Part shown: one piece after another, positions 35,185-45,348 of the stretch
Layout: the number at the start of each line of letters is the position of its first letter
How positions within the stretch are numbered: the first letter of the stretch is position 1
Origin: a virus
DNA length: 56,593 nt
Direction: 5' to 3' (one strand)
IMG/VR virus record: IMGVR_UViG_3300021300_000004
Position numbers and translations under genes: made by a program
The notes under the pieces: model-generated
Database searches by the model: none
Seen by the model: the letters and a program-made list of their open reading frames with translations, nothing else
Told to the model about the DNA's origin: nothing

Positions 35185-36241
35185 CTTTTGCAGCTAAAAC
35201 ATCTTTATTCCATAAGATTAAAGTGTCAAAGTACACATCAACAGATGACAAGTATGCTTTATGGTCATGCTCGTAACTGTTCTCGGAAGTGATTTCATCA
35301 AGGAAACCAAACACAATGGATTCAGGGTCTGCTAATAATATTTGTTCGCCCCAATCATTTTCCGGAGTGTCAAGGAAATCAGCAACAACAACAGGAGTGT
35401 TCCAAATGGATAATTCACCACCGTGGAAGTATAATCTGTCACCCTCACCAGTTTCCCTTGCATCTGCCTCTTCAACAAGTAAACCGTAAACTAAGTTGGA
35501 AACATAGAATTTAGCATTAGACCTGTTTCCTTTCTGTATGGAATACTGAGTAAGCATTTTCTTTAATTGTGGAATGAATGGTTTTGTGGAATCAATGTCA
35601 GTAAAGTAACCCATAGGTTCTTGTTTAACACTGGTTGGGTCTGTTTGTGCAGCCGCATCATATGCAGTTTTAACAGCAGTTAATTGTTGGAAAATACCAT
35701 CAAGGTGGTCCATACCATCTTGTGTTGCACCAGATGCTTTTTTAATTCCATACATACCAATTGCTTCGGCAGAAACACCAGCTCTTTCTGCAAGTATTGC
35801 TTCCATTCTTGGTAAGAATGATGCTTTTTCAATATTCTCTAACAGGAATGTTTTTGCAGTCCATGTGAAAGCACTGAAAGGCACAGCAATAAGGGAGTTT
35901 CTGCTGAACTCAGGTACAACCTCATTAAGGGCAGTGGTATAATCATCAGTTAATTGTGCATCTTTTGGTTTACCGGTAGATGCAGTTAATCTGCCCATGT
36001 ATTGTAATCTTGCTTTTACTCTGAGGTATGAAATATCATACTCTTTTGCGTCCATTACAATAAATCTGCATTCGTTAATAATACTGGTTTGATTATCAAC
36101 ATGAACAAGGAAATTATCTGCCTCGGTCTGTTGTTTCCAACCAGGGTTATATACACCATTTTGTTTGTTTGGGTCATTTGCCCATTTTAATATGAATGGG
36201 TCACCATTCACAATGTTTTCTCTTGTAATAACAGTAGACAT
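35156..36241 (-). CDS. Major capsid protein (HK97 fold)
   Basis: 361 aa after protease/scaffold; FLLENIE, IWNTPVVV, LADPESIVFG. Confidence 0.85.
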   Translation of the reverse strand: MSTVITRENIVNGDPFILKWANDPNKQNGVYNPGWKQQTEADNFLVHVDNQTSIINECRFIVMDAKEYDISYLRVKARLQYMGRLTASTGKPKDAQLTDDYTTALNEVVPEFSRNSLIAVPFSAFTWTAKTFLLENIEKASFLPRMEAILAERAGVSAEAIGMYGIKKASGATQDGMDHLDGIFQQLTAVKTAYDAAAQTDPTSVKQEPMGYFTDIDSTKPFIPQLKKMLTQYSIQKGNRSNAKFYVSNLVYGLLVEEADARETGEGDRLYFHGGELSIWNTPVVVADFLDTPENDWGEQILLADPESIVFGFLDEITSENSYEHDHKAYLSSVDVYFDTLILWNKDVLAAKVVTPSGGGE

Positions 36242-36285
36242 GTTTTATCAGCTCAATTTAAATTTTTAATTTTTTTATAAAAGAT

Positions 36286-37287
36286 TTAATTTTTAATTTT
36301 ACAACCGAATTCGTTTCTACCAGATTTTTTATAGAAATTACTTGAAACTTCCGGTGTCTCAACATTCTCGTTTTTAACGGTTTGTCTTTTGTTGATTTCA
36401 ACATCAGTCTCATTGGTTTCTTCGGTTTCCTCTGATTGCTCTTCAACTGGTTCGGTTTCAGTTTCTACTTCCTCAGTTTCTTCGGGAGTTTCATTTTTAT
36501 TAACTGTAACCTCCTCAGTTTTAGGAGCACCCATTTTTTCAAATGCAGATGTAATACCAGTTGCCACTGCCTCTGGGATTTTTTCTAACAATTCTGCATT
36601 ACTCATATCAGCAGTTTCGGTTTTATTCACTTCAACCTCTTCGGTTTCAACAGTATTCTCAGTTTCTGTTTTAACCGGTTCGGTTTCAGTAGCTCTTTTA
36701 TTAATGCCGATTTTATCCATTATCCTTTCCCATGCGGAAACGGATAAGGTTTCGTCACCAATATTTTCAGTTTTATTTTGCTCTGACATATTCTCAACCT
36801 CTTTCGCATTCTTATTAATGTAGACATTATAATCCATTACTTCCAAACCGTACATATTGCTTGGTTTATCAACAAAAGAAATAAACAAGGGTATTACTTC
36901 CTCTGCGTCATCTAAATCACGGTAATTTATTGATTTATTAATAAACCAAAATTTTTGAGTTAAAGCAATATCTGAAACACTACCAAGACTTAAACCGGTA
37001 ATGTTTCCATCAAGAATGGATTGTATAATCTCCTCATTAGTTATCTTAAAAGTTGCTAACCATGAACCAGCAGGTGCGACTTTACCTGCAATAATAGTGT
37101 CTGCTTCACTAATCCAATTTGCCAATACATCTACACCCTCGTTTCTTATACGGGTGTGCATGGTATCGGTGTCACGGTTGATGTATTTAGTGAAGATTTT
37201 CTTGATGTCTTGTTTGTTCAGGACATCGTTTTCATGGTCTGGTATCCCGTTTGGGATTACAACACCAGTTACATATAATTCGTTCAT
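36286..37287 (-). CDS. Prohead protease (XkdF-like) fused to acidic scaffold
   Basis: PDHEND, DTMH, PAGSWL, GNITGLSLG; Glu/Thr-rich C-terminus. Confidence 0.8.
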   Translation of the reverse strand: MNELYVTGVVIPNGIPDHENDVLNKQDIKKIFTKYINRDTDTMHTRIRNEGVDVLANWISEADTIIAGKVAPAGSWLATFKITNEEIIQSILDGNITGLSLGSVSDIALTQKFWFINKSINYRDLDDAEEVIPLFISFVDKPSNMYGLEVMDYNVYINKNAKEVENMSEQNKTENIGDETLSVSAWERIMDKIGINKRATETEPVKTETENTVETEEVEVNKTETADMSNAELLEKIPEAVATGITSAFEKMGAPKTEEVTVNKNETPEETEEVETETEPVEEQSEETEETNETDVEINKRQTVKNENVETPEVSSNFYKKSGRNEFGCKIKN

Positions 37288-37450
37288 AAAAATTTCAACT
37301 CAAAAAAGTGGATCATGGTTTTAGTAATCGAATACTTTAATCTCAGAAACATTAAAAAAATTAAGAATAATAAAATGTAAAAAAATTGATTTATTTTTTT
37401 TTTAATTTTCTGTTTTAAACCATGTGAATGACATAAAATATAATCTAAAA

Positions 37451-37484
37451 TTAGACTAAGGACAAAAAAATCGCCTTAGTCTAA
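37451..37484 (-). terminator. 11-bp stem hairpin between minor head and protease genes
   Basis: TTAGACTAAGG / CCTTAGTCTAA. Confidence 0.5.
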
Positions 37485-37558
37485 AAAACAAAAAAATGGA
37501 GGCCAATATTGAATGACACCCCCACCAAAAAATTATAAATTTGGTGAGACTAAAAATT

Positions 37559-38428
37559 TTATTTGAAATCCATCTCACACCAACAACAATACGCATTACC
37601 TGGTGAACCGGCAGGGTCCATCGGATACATCATCTCATCAATTTCCAAAGTAGCATCATTAACCACAATAAAAGGTTCATCAATATTCACAGTCTGCATA
37701 TGATTACTCATATGCCTTGTAGTCTTACCGCCATGTGTATGAATCCATACTTTTTTAGTGTAAACATCTGATTTACCTTCATTCCTGTAATTGTCATTAA
37801 TGGATTTTATCTCTTCAAACTTGGATTGCATCTGACTTGACCTTATCATGCTCCTTGCTGTACCTTCCAAGTCACGATAAGTAAAAACATTTGATGGAAT
37901 ATTCAAACCCTCAGACACTAATAAGTTATTTGCTTGTATTGCCACCTCTTCTAATATTTGTCTGCGGTTGGCAAGACTTGATTCTTTCTGCTGTCGGATT
38001 AATCGTTCGTATTCCTTTTGAGGTATCTCATATTTACTTAATACCTGCTCAACATAATTTAAGTTTTTAACAATCCTTTCAAGCTCTGCCTCGACAATAC
38101 GGTTTAATTCCTTATTGGCCTTATTCCGTATGAGCATTTTATTTAGGTTATCATTACTTGTATACTTTGAATTTATTATCCTGTTATAATTCTTGTAAAC
38201 CTCAGGTTTATTCAAAATAGCCAATTCCGCCCACAACATGGCATCAGTTGGTTTCTCCGGATTGCCCTCATTGAAACTCTTGACATAATCATCAATTTGA
38301 CCATTGTTAAAGAACTGAATTTTATAAGCTACACTTTTAGTCCTTGCCTTATCAATCCTGACTTTCTCTTGAAAATACTTCATTGATTTTTGCAGTCTCA
38401 ATAAAATCACCAATGTTATAAAACTCAC
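37559..38428 (-). CDS. Minor head protein (Mu gpF / SPP1 gp7-like)
   Basis: KVWIHT...TTRH...DEPFIV...MYPMDP...CCWC. Confidence 0.8.
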   Translation of the reverse strand: MSFITLVILLRLQKSMKYFQEKVRIDKARTKSVAYKIQFFNNGQIDDYVKSFNEGNPEKPTDAMLWAELAILNKPEVYKNYNRIINSKYTSNDNLNKMLIRNKANKELNRIVEAELERIVKNLNYVEQVLSKYEIPQKEYERLIRQQKESSLANRRQILEEVAIQANNLLVSEGLNIPSNVFTYRDLEGTARSMIRSSQMQSKFEEIKSINDNYRNEGKSDVYTKKVWIHTHGGKTTRHMSNHMQTVNIDEPFIVVNDATLEIDEMMYPMDPAGSPGNAYCCWCEMDFK

Positions 38429-39752
38429 TTTCCTCAGGAGTATCCTCTATCATGCCGAAAGGTTGGCCATGGAAATATCTTTCATTATAGATTGGGTTAT
38501 TCTCATCAATTTCCACATCGTTAAATTCAGGAAATGTCTTGCTTATTTTATTGATAGCTTGACCAAATGTGATGAGACCAGCATCAAATAATCTCATTGT
38601 AATGTCTGCCTCAATTTCCTTACGGTCAATGAATACAGGAGTTTCAATATCAACTTTCCCATCATATTCAAAGTATTTACTATTGAATTGATTCATTTTA
38701 TTTTCCAATGGTCTTTGACGATTACTTAACTCCCTTGTATAAATTTCATATAAAGTATTTGTCTTATTGGAGTTCATTGACTCTGTTGTATCATCAATGA
38801 GTAATCTTGCTTTTGGTATCTTGAATGTTGCAAGGATTTTACCATCTGATTTGTCAGCTAATTGAATCAAGTAATCATAATTGGATTCTGATATTTGAAT
38901 GTAATCAACAGTTAAAGGAATGTTCGGGTTTAATGTGGTTAATTCCAATGTGAATAAACCATTGCCTTTTTCCTCCATGCGTTCCTCTAAACTATCAACC
39001 TCATCTGAACCATCAAGACCAGGAGGTCTGATAATTGTCAGTATACCACTGATGAGATTTCCATCACTGATTTTCTTTGCATCTAACATATCTAAACTGA
39101 CTGATGCGCTGACATGATTGAAACATGAAATCCACATTGGATAATCAAAGAAACTTGACTTACGACCACCACCCAACCATAAACAAGTTGGTAGATCATC
39201 ATCTTCGGGTCCATATTCCAGATGTGATAATTTCATTTTAATGTCATTTTGACCTGCTACGGTTTGAACTGCATAGTAACTTATACCTGTTGGATTGTCC
39301 TTTGTTTTCTGTTTGGTTTCTTTGCTGATGTATAATGTGTCAGCAGGTATTTGGTATAATCTTGCTGGTTCTTTGTTTTTATCGTAGACTATTTCACTTG
39401 CACCGAACCCGTAACTGAACCAATCGATGACTTGGTTTCCTAGTTCGTCTTGGTTGTTTTCCCAGAACTGTTTGATTTTTTCTGATGTGTTTTCATTTGT
39501 GTTGTTATTGTTGGTTACGGATATGTCGTTGAATACGGTGTCCTCTGCTAATACTTCTATACAGGTTTTGAGTAGTACATTTTGGTATATGAGATTGTCG
39601 CAGAGGTCTACGCTGAGGTATGGGTATATTCGTGTTCCGTTTTTGTCGTCTGGTTTGGTGGTGGTGGGTTCGAGTAGTGTTTGGATTTGTGTTTTGTTTA
39701 TTTCGTATTGTGGGTTTATTTTTGAGGGTGTGTTTATTTCCATGTTTATCAT
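38352..39752 (-). CDS. Portal protein
   Basis: 466 aa after TerL; WFSYGFGASEI, LYQIPADTL. Confidence 0.8.
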   Translation of the reverse strand: MINMEINTPSKINPQYEINKTQIQTLLEPTTTKPDDKNGTRIYPYLSVDLCDNLIYQNVLLKTCIEVLAEDTVFNDISVTNNNNTNENTSEKIKQFWENNQDELGNQVIDWFSYGFGASEIVYDKNKEPARLYQIPADTLYISKETKQKTKDNPTGISYYAVQTVAGQNDIKMKLSHLEYGPEDDDLPTCLWLGGGRKSSFFDYPMWISCFNHVSASVSLDMLDAKKISDGNLISGILTIIRPPGLDGSDEVDSLEERMEEKGNGLFTLELTTLNPNIPLTVDYIQISESNYDYLIQLADKSDGKILATFKIPKARLLIDDTTESMNSNKTNTLYEIYTRELSNRQRPLENKMNQFNSKYFEYDGKVDIETPVFIDRKEIEADITMRLFDAGLITFGQAINKISKTFPEFNDVEIDENNPIYNERYFHGQPFGMIEDTPEESEFYNIGDFIETAKINEVFSRESQD

Positions 39753-40063
39753 TTGCCCTTTTTTTGTATTTTAATGAATTTTAATTAATTATTATAAAAA
39801 TTAGAATAATGAGGTTAAGGACAAAAAAAGTGTAGTAATTAAAATTATGAAGAGTTTAAAAAAATTTGAGGTTTAAAATTCATTATCTCAGTGTGCATTG
39901 TTTGACGATGTAATTGAATTATTTTTTTTGTCCTTTCTCATCTTATACTCTTATATGTTTGTGTTTTTTTGTGTGTGGTGTTTTTATATGAATATTTGTA
40001 TTACTTTTTATTATATTTAGTATTACTATTAAGATTATTACTTATTATTATTATTTTTATTAC

Positions 40064-40264
40064 TATATTGTATTTACAGTATATACTATTATTACATATA
40101 TCCTAATAAAGGGTATATCCCCCCTCCATAATACAATACATATGTAAATACAATATATACAAAAAGTATTTACAATATTTACATATTTACGATAATATAC
40201 ATCATATCCTATAAACAAAAAAAAATACCACAACAAGAGTAAATACAATAAATACCTATTTACA
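40064..40264. repeat. TATTTACA/TGTAAATA iteron cluster X, copy 2, with 15-bp inverted repeat
   Basis: TATATTGTATTTACA (40064-40078) / TGTAAATACAATATA (40143-40157); further near-copies at 40167, 40176, 40184, 40239, 40257. Confidence 0.8.
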
Positions 40265-40524
40265 ATATTACAGCACAATCACTAATGACAATTTCCAGAA
40301 AACAAGAATAATAAAAAAAAGAAAAAAAGTAATAACAACAAAAACAAAAAAAATAAAAACCAACATTACACTAAACACAACATAAATGTCAGTCAAGCCC
40401 ACCACCAACAGAAATATCAAAAATACAGTATGAGAAAACAACACTCTCAACAATAAACATTCAAATAAACATAGGATAATAAAATAAAAACAATACCTCC
40501 GCAATGATGGACTTGACAAACACA

Positions 40525-41946
40525 TTAAATCGTTAAACTCAAACCAGTAACAGTTTTCTGCATCTCCTCAAAAGCATAACTAACACTATCTAACTCATCA
40601 GGAGATGGATAAGTTTCCATAACAGAACGGTCAGGGTGCACATAAATATACTGGTCCTGCAAAGCACGAACCGGACTATAAGCAGAACCATCAACACTGA
40701 CATCATACAATAATGGAATGTCTTTATTAATCAGCATATTGCCATTGCGGACATGATAAGCATGAGGATAAGCTCTGTTATACTTACTGCCGGTGCTTGA
40801 TGCTGTTGTGTCCATAACATAGAAACCTAATTTTGCACCAAGGTCTGTGAATAGGTTTTGCCAATAATTCAAAGCATAATGAGGCGCACTCCCTTGCTCC
40901 CTTTCAAAGTTTATAACTCTTGGTTTGTACTGTTGATTACGGATAATAAAATCACGCAGTCTATACTCCGGATTACTGGAAGGTGTACTGTCCATATCAA
41001 CCAAAACCAATTTACCATTATCAAAATAAACTAAACATGACATGGCAAACTTATCAGTACCAGTTGAAGCGGGGTCTACACCAATGGTGCAGTAAACTGG
41101 TGTCCAGTCTTTGAAGTCATCTTGACTGATTAGACTTTTCATGAATTGTGATCTGTTCATGAGTAATCCTGATGTGATGACTGCGTCCCAATTACCATAC
41201 TTTAACTGTTGTTTGGTTAATTCATCTAACTTGTCTAACTGCTTACTATACTCTTCTTGATTCAAGTATTTGTTATCAGTATAAGCAGATGAAATAAAAG
41301 GTAATTCTGATTTTGGACTAATGAACCTTGCTTTTACCCAGTCATGACCTCGTCCTCCAGGGTTGCTTCCTGCTCTCATACGGATTGGTATCGGACTATA
41401 CTCTAACTTACGCAGTCTTGAATGCAGATAACTATATTGATTCTCAGGAAATTGTGTTAATTCATCAAATCCTACAAATTGCAGCTCAGCACCTTGATAT
41501 GAATTCAAGTGTTTATTATGATTCAAGTAACGAAAGGTTAATGTTGCACCGGAATCAAAGATAAATCGTTTCTTTTGCTCTTTCCATGTGACAAGTCCCT
41601 TGTCCTCTAATGGTAATAGCCATTGTTTCGCACGGTCCATTATCGCATTTGGCATGTCTAAATCTTCAAGTGTACGTCTAATAATAAGGGCATTGTAATT
41701 ATTCCTTAGATTACCTTTATCATCTTCAACCATAAAATCCTTGGTGACATATTGTAATGCTGCCATCAGTAATGCATCACTTTTCCCTCCACCTGCTTGA
41801 CCACCATATAATAGTTCCTCACTATTATTGGCAAGGAAATATACTTGCTGTCTGAATGGAGTGTGCGGTATGTATGGGTTTTTACAGACTGTCTTTATTA
41901 TCAGTGCTTTCTGTTGGTTGCTCAATCTGTTTAAAGAAATCAACAT
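40525..41946 (-). CDS. terL: Terminase large subunit
   Basis: YGGQAGGGKS, FVGFDELTQF, GSNPGG, IGVDPAS, DELDSVS. Confidence 0.95.
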   Translation of the reverse strand: MLISLNRLSNQQKALIIKTVCKNPYIPHTPFRQQVYFLANNSEELLYGGQAGGGKSDALLMAALQYVTKDFMVEDDKGNLRNNYNALIIRRTLEDLDMPNAIMDRAKQWLLPLEDKGLVTWKEQKKRFIFDSGATLTFRYLNHNKHLNSYQGAELQFVGFDELTQFPENQYSYLHSRLRKLEYSPIPIRMRAGSNPGGRGHDWVKARFISPKSELPFISSAYTDNKYLNQEEYSKQLDKLDELTKQQLKYGNWDAVITSGLLMNRSQFMKSLISQDDFKDWTPVYCTIGVDPASTGTDKFAMSCLVYFDNGKLVLVDMDSTPSSNPEYRLRDFIIRNQQYKPRVINFEREQGSAPHYALNYWQNLFTDLGAKLGFYVMDTTASSTGSKYNRAYPHAYHVRNGNMLINKDIPLLYDVSVDGSAYSPVRALQDQYIYVHPDRSVMETYPSPDELDSVSYAFEEMQKTVTGLSLTI

Positions 41947-42511
41947 ATTTTTCCATTTCCTCTTCAAAAGGTATATCCTCAACAATTTCAGCGTTCACAT
42001 CAATTAATCCATCAAATTCAAAACTGCTGTAAGTGGAAGGTCTGCCGCATAAGTTGCATAATAGTTCGTGAGCTTCCTTTAATAGGTTACTGACATCTTT
42101 GGTCATTTTAATCCTTGTAACAAGACTGTACTTCTCACCATTGTCTTTGTAAGGTCTTTCAATAACCTCACCTAATAAGTTATTAGCATATTTAATTAAT
42201 CCTTCTATGTTTCCGAGTAGTACATCGCTCATTCCATCAAATGTGTCCTCTCGTTTCTTTGCCAGTTTTAATTGTTGGTCTGCATCGTATATTTTGACTC
42301 TTTCAACCCAACACCATTTAGTGCATAACCTATTTAATGCATCTCTTGTTTTTTTCAGATTTTGAGTACCTTCAAGTATTTCTGCAACTTTGGTAATGCT
42401 CCGTTCATGAGGTTTTAAATCACGATACATGACAAACTTGTTAAAACTTTCTTGTGTTTCTCTTGGTAATGCCTCGTAGCATGATAGTTTCCCTTTTGCC
42501 ATTTTAATCAT
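41882..42511 (-). CDS. terS: Terminase small subunit (putative)
   Basis: HTH-like RSITKVAE...WCWVERV; directly upstream of TerL. Confidence 0.65.
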   Translation of the reverse strand: MIKMAKGKLSCYEALPRETQESFNKFVMYRDLKPHERSITKVAEILEGTQNLKKTRDALNRLCTKWCWVERVKIYDADQQLKLAKKREDTFDGMSDVLLGNIEGLIKYANNLLGEVIERPYKDNGEKYSLVTRIKMTKDVSNLLKEAHELLCNLCGRPSTYSSFEFDGLIDVNAEIVEDIPFEEEMEKYVDFFKQIEQPTESTDNKDSL

Positions 42512-42517
42512 CTAAAA

Positions 42518-43483
42518 TTATATTTTGTTTAATATGTTTTCTTTGATGTGTAATGCAATAGCTTTCATGAGGTTTGGCGGCACACTATTTCCAATCCGTT
42601 TCCATTGTGCAGATGGTTTACCAATCCATTTATAATTTGGTGGGAATGATTGCAATAATGCTGCCTCATCTGAGTTCATGATGCGGTTTCCCATTATCAT
42701 TTTCCCATATCCTTGAAATGTTATTGTTGGACATGGTTTGTTTTCATTGATTTTTATGTTGTTAAAGTAGCTGCCTTTTGGGTGTATTTTTCCAAAGTTT
42801 TCACCTGGTTTTACTTTGTCAATATTGTTCAGAACCCATTTTGTTGTTGGTTTCAGATATGGGTATTTGCTTTTGAATCCTTTTAGACATTCTTTTACTG
42901 TTTTTGGTCTTGTTTGTGGTTTTGGGTGACTTGCCGGTATGCCTAAATCTTTTCTTACGCCTATGAATATCATTCTTTGCCTTGATGTTGCACAATCATA
43001 GTACATTGCATTCATTAGCTTTGCTCGTACATCGTAACCTGAGTCTTTTAGTTGGGTTAGTATGTCTTTAAAGATTAGTTTCATGTCTCCTTTCACCATT
43101 CCGGATACATTTTCCATTACGAATGTTTTTGGTTTTAAACCTCGTAGTAATCTGATGTATTCATTGTATAATTGGTTTTTAGGGTCGCAAAATTCACGAT
43201 TGCCACTAATGCTGAAACCTTGGCATGGTGGACTGCCATCAAATAATTCCAATTCACCAACACCAATGCCTGTAATTTCCAATACCTTATCCACAGATAA
43301 GTTATGAATGTCACCATGATAAATAGGAGTATCAGGGAAATTCAAATGATAAGTTTCAACTGCATGATTATCCATTTCCACAGCTAATTTAACATCATAT
43401 CCTGCCTGTTTATAACCGCAACTACTGCCTCCACAACCACTAAAAGTGGATATAACTCTCGGTTTAATTTTTTGGGAGTTCAT
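42518..43483 (-). CDS. DNA (cytosine-5) methyltransferase
   Basis: FSGCGG, GSPPCQGFS, ENV, RQR, GNSVPP; start MNSQK at 43483. Confidence 0.96.
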   Translation of the reverse strand: MNSQKIKPRVISTFSGCGGSSCGYKQAGYDVKLAVEMDNHAVETYHLNFPDTPIYHGDIHNLSVDKVLEITGIGVGELELFDGSPPCQGFSISGNREFCDPKNQLYNEYIRLLRGLKPKTFVMENVSGMVKGDMKLIFKDILTQLKDSGYDVRAKLMNAMYYDCATSRQRMIFIGVRKDLGIPASHPKPQTRPKTVKECLKGFKSKYPYLKPTTKWVLNNIDKVKPGENFGKIHPKGSYFNNIKINENKPCPTITFQGYGKMIMGNRIMNSDEAALLQSFPPNYKWIGKPSAQWKRIGNSVPPNLMKAIALHIKENILNKI

Positions 43484-43572
43484 ATCCACACCTTGGACAT
43501 GTGATTGATTCAACAGTGTCAGCTATTGACTCATCATATTCAGGTTCGTCATCTGGAATTTCAAAGTAACTT

Positions 43573-44043
43573 TCATCTACTGTTTCCTCTTGGTCCCCCC
43601 CCCCTCATATCTACAATGTCTGAGGTGGGTGTATCATAAATGAGTGGATCATCATCAAATTCAAATTTTTGTACTTCAATGTCGAAACCTGTTAGACTTA
43701 CATCAAATTCTTGTAATTTTAAGTCATCAAGTATGTTTTGTAATTTGTTTTTATCCCATTCACCAGACAGGTTGTTGAGTCTGATGTTTAATGCTTTTTC
43801 CTTGTTAATATCCGGTTCGTTGATATAGATTACATCAATCATAGTGTAACCTAATTGTTTTAATGCAAGGCATCTTTGATTTCCACCAACGATATGATTA
43901 TTATACTCATTAACTATGATTGGACTTATATATCCAAACTCATTAAGACTGGTTTTTAACTTTTCCAATTCCACGGAACTAATCTGTCTCGGGTTATACT
44001 CAGGACTAATCAAATCATCAATTTTCACTTTTTCTAATTTCAT
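43573..44043 (-). CDS. ParB-like nuclease-domain protein, truncated by G10 tract
   Basis: YNPR...SLNEFGYISPII...IVGGNQR; out-of-frame continuation to 43464 ends TCPRCGYELPKN. Confidence 0.85.
   Translation of the reverse strand: MKLEKVKIDDLISPEYNPRQISSVELEKLKTSLNEFGYISPIIVNEYNNHIVGGNQRCLALKQLGYTMIDVIYINEPDINKEKALNIRLNNLSGEWDKNKLQNILDDLKLQEFDVSLTGFDIEVQKFEFDDDPLIYDTPTSDIVDMRGGGPRGNSR
43595..43604 (-). repeat. G10 homopolymer (C10 on plus strand)
   Basis: Ten consecutive C on plus strand in an AT-rich genome. Confidence 0.9.
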
Positions 44044-44066
44044 GTTTTATCAGCTCATATTTTTTT

Positions 44067-44336
44067 TTAGTATGATTTCAGATTTGCATATTTCTTAAAC
44101 AAACAATGCAAACTAACAATCTCATTTTTTTCCAGATAATATTTAACAATCTCTTTCATGGTATCAAAATTATCCTCTGATTTTCCACGATGCAGCACAA
44201 CTTTATCATTAAATATTATGCTGAAATCAATTAGTTCACCACGAGGCACAATTTTATGAATTTTACTAATTGTATCCTTATCAATAAGGTCATCTGTAAT
44301 GTTTACAAAATTCCTTGTTTCCTTTAAAGTAATCAT
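44067..44336 (-). CDS. Hypothetical protein
   Basis: Coupled ORF. Confidence 0.6.
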   Translation of the reverse strand: MITLKETRNFVNITDDLIDKDTISKIHKIVPRGELIDFSIIFNDKVVLHRGKSEDNFDTMKEIVKYYLEKNEIVSLHCLFKKYANLKSY

Positions 44337-44608
44337 AAATTATACTCCGGATTTACTGCCTCTTCCGGTTTCCAATCACCATATTTTTTATCATCATTGC
44401 GAGTTAAAACCATCTTAAAATCATAGTGTATACCGTACATTTCTAATGATGTTTTTACTTTACTCATTCCAATGTCCTCACATTCTTTTATCATTTCTTC
44501 AATGGGTATATTTTCATTATAGTGTCTGCTTGATGTTAATATTCCCAGTATCCATTGCATTAAACGGTCTTTTTTTATTTTTTCAAATTCTTTATTTTTG
44601 TCAGTCAT
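44333..44608 (-). CDS. Hypothetical protein
   Basis: SD GGAGG. Confidence 0.6.
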   Translation of the reverse strand: MTDKNKEFEKIKKDRLMQWILGILTSSRHYNENIPIEEMIKECEDIGMSKVKTSLEMYGIHYDFKMVLTRNDDKKYGDWKPEEAVNPEYNL

Positions 44609-44636
44609 ATTATTTGGCCTCCATTTTTATTTTTTT

Positions 44637-44990
44637 TTATTTGTCATTTTGCAGATGACTTAACTCTTCCAGTTTCTGCAATAACAGTTTCTCTGCTATT
44701 TCCTCTGCTCGCTCATCAATATGCTTATCAATAGTTTCCAGTTCCTGCTTTTTCTGATGCTCTTTCCACTTATCAATACTTGCTATAACGATAATGGCAC
44801 AAGCCAATGCGATTAAACCTATAACTATTGCAATTTCATTAAACCCTTGAAACCAAGGGTGATTTGTAATACCATTAAAAATAAGGACTACACCGGTTGA
44901 AAATAAAGCACCTGACAATGATGTTTTCACAAAACCGAATGTCCAGATTGCCCGCCTATATGGTATTTTATTGATTAATTTCTCTGTCAT
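44637..44990 (-). CDS. Two-TM membrane protein, holin candidate
   Basis: Two hydrophobic helices plus charged C-terminus. Confidence 0.5.
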   Translation of the reverse strand: MTEKLINKIPYRRAIWTFGFVKTSLSGALFSTGVVLIFNGITNHPWFQGFNEIAIVIGLIALACAIIVIASIDKWKEHQKKQELETIDKHIDERAEEIAEKLLLQKLEELSHLQNDK

Positions 44991-45348
44991 CTGCATCAAC
45001 ATCAACATCATTTTCAGGTTGATCATCACCAATTATTTCAACTTCGGCACCAGTTTGAATGTTAATGAAATTTTGTATTGCATCAATTTGAGCTTGTGTT
45101 AATGGTACTGGTATGTGTACTGTGTCAGTGTCCTCATCAAAGAAATTATTATGTCTGCTTGCATTAAAGTAGCTGAATATTCCTAATACTATTGCGGTTA
45201 AGAAACTTGCAATTACTGATATGTCCCATGGAACATTGAATCCAAGACTTACAAGGTATGGTACAATGTAACCAAGGAGTATTAAGAATATACTGTTTAG
45301 TATAGTGGTTATATTACCAATATTTAAAAAATTATTCTGTTTTGTCAT
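44968..45348 (-). CDS. Two-TM membrane protein, holin candidate
   Basis: LNSIFLILLGYIVPYLVSLG and VIASFLTAIVLGIFSYF. Confidence 0.5.
   Translation of the reverse strand: MTKQNNFLNIGNITTILNSIFLILLGYIVPYLVSLGFNVPWDISVIASFLTAIVLGIFSYFNASRHNNFFDEDTDTVHIPVPLTQAQIDAIQNFINIQTGAEVEIIGDDQPENDVDVDADDREINQ

Noticed and set aside
40063-40525. ORFs 40063..40278 and 40268..40525
   Set aside because: Low-complexity, biased composition (Y/I/F/L), no SD; better explained as non-coding.
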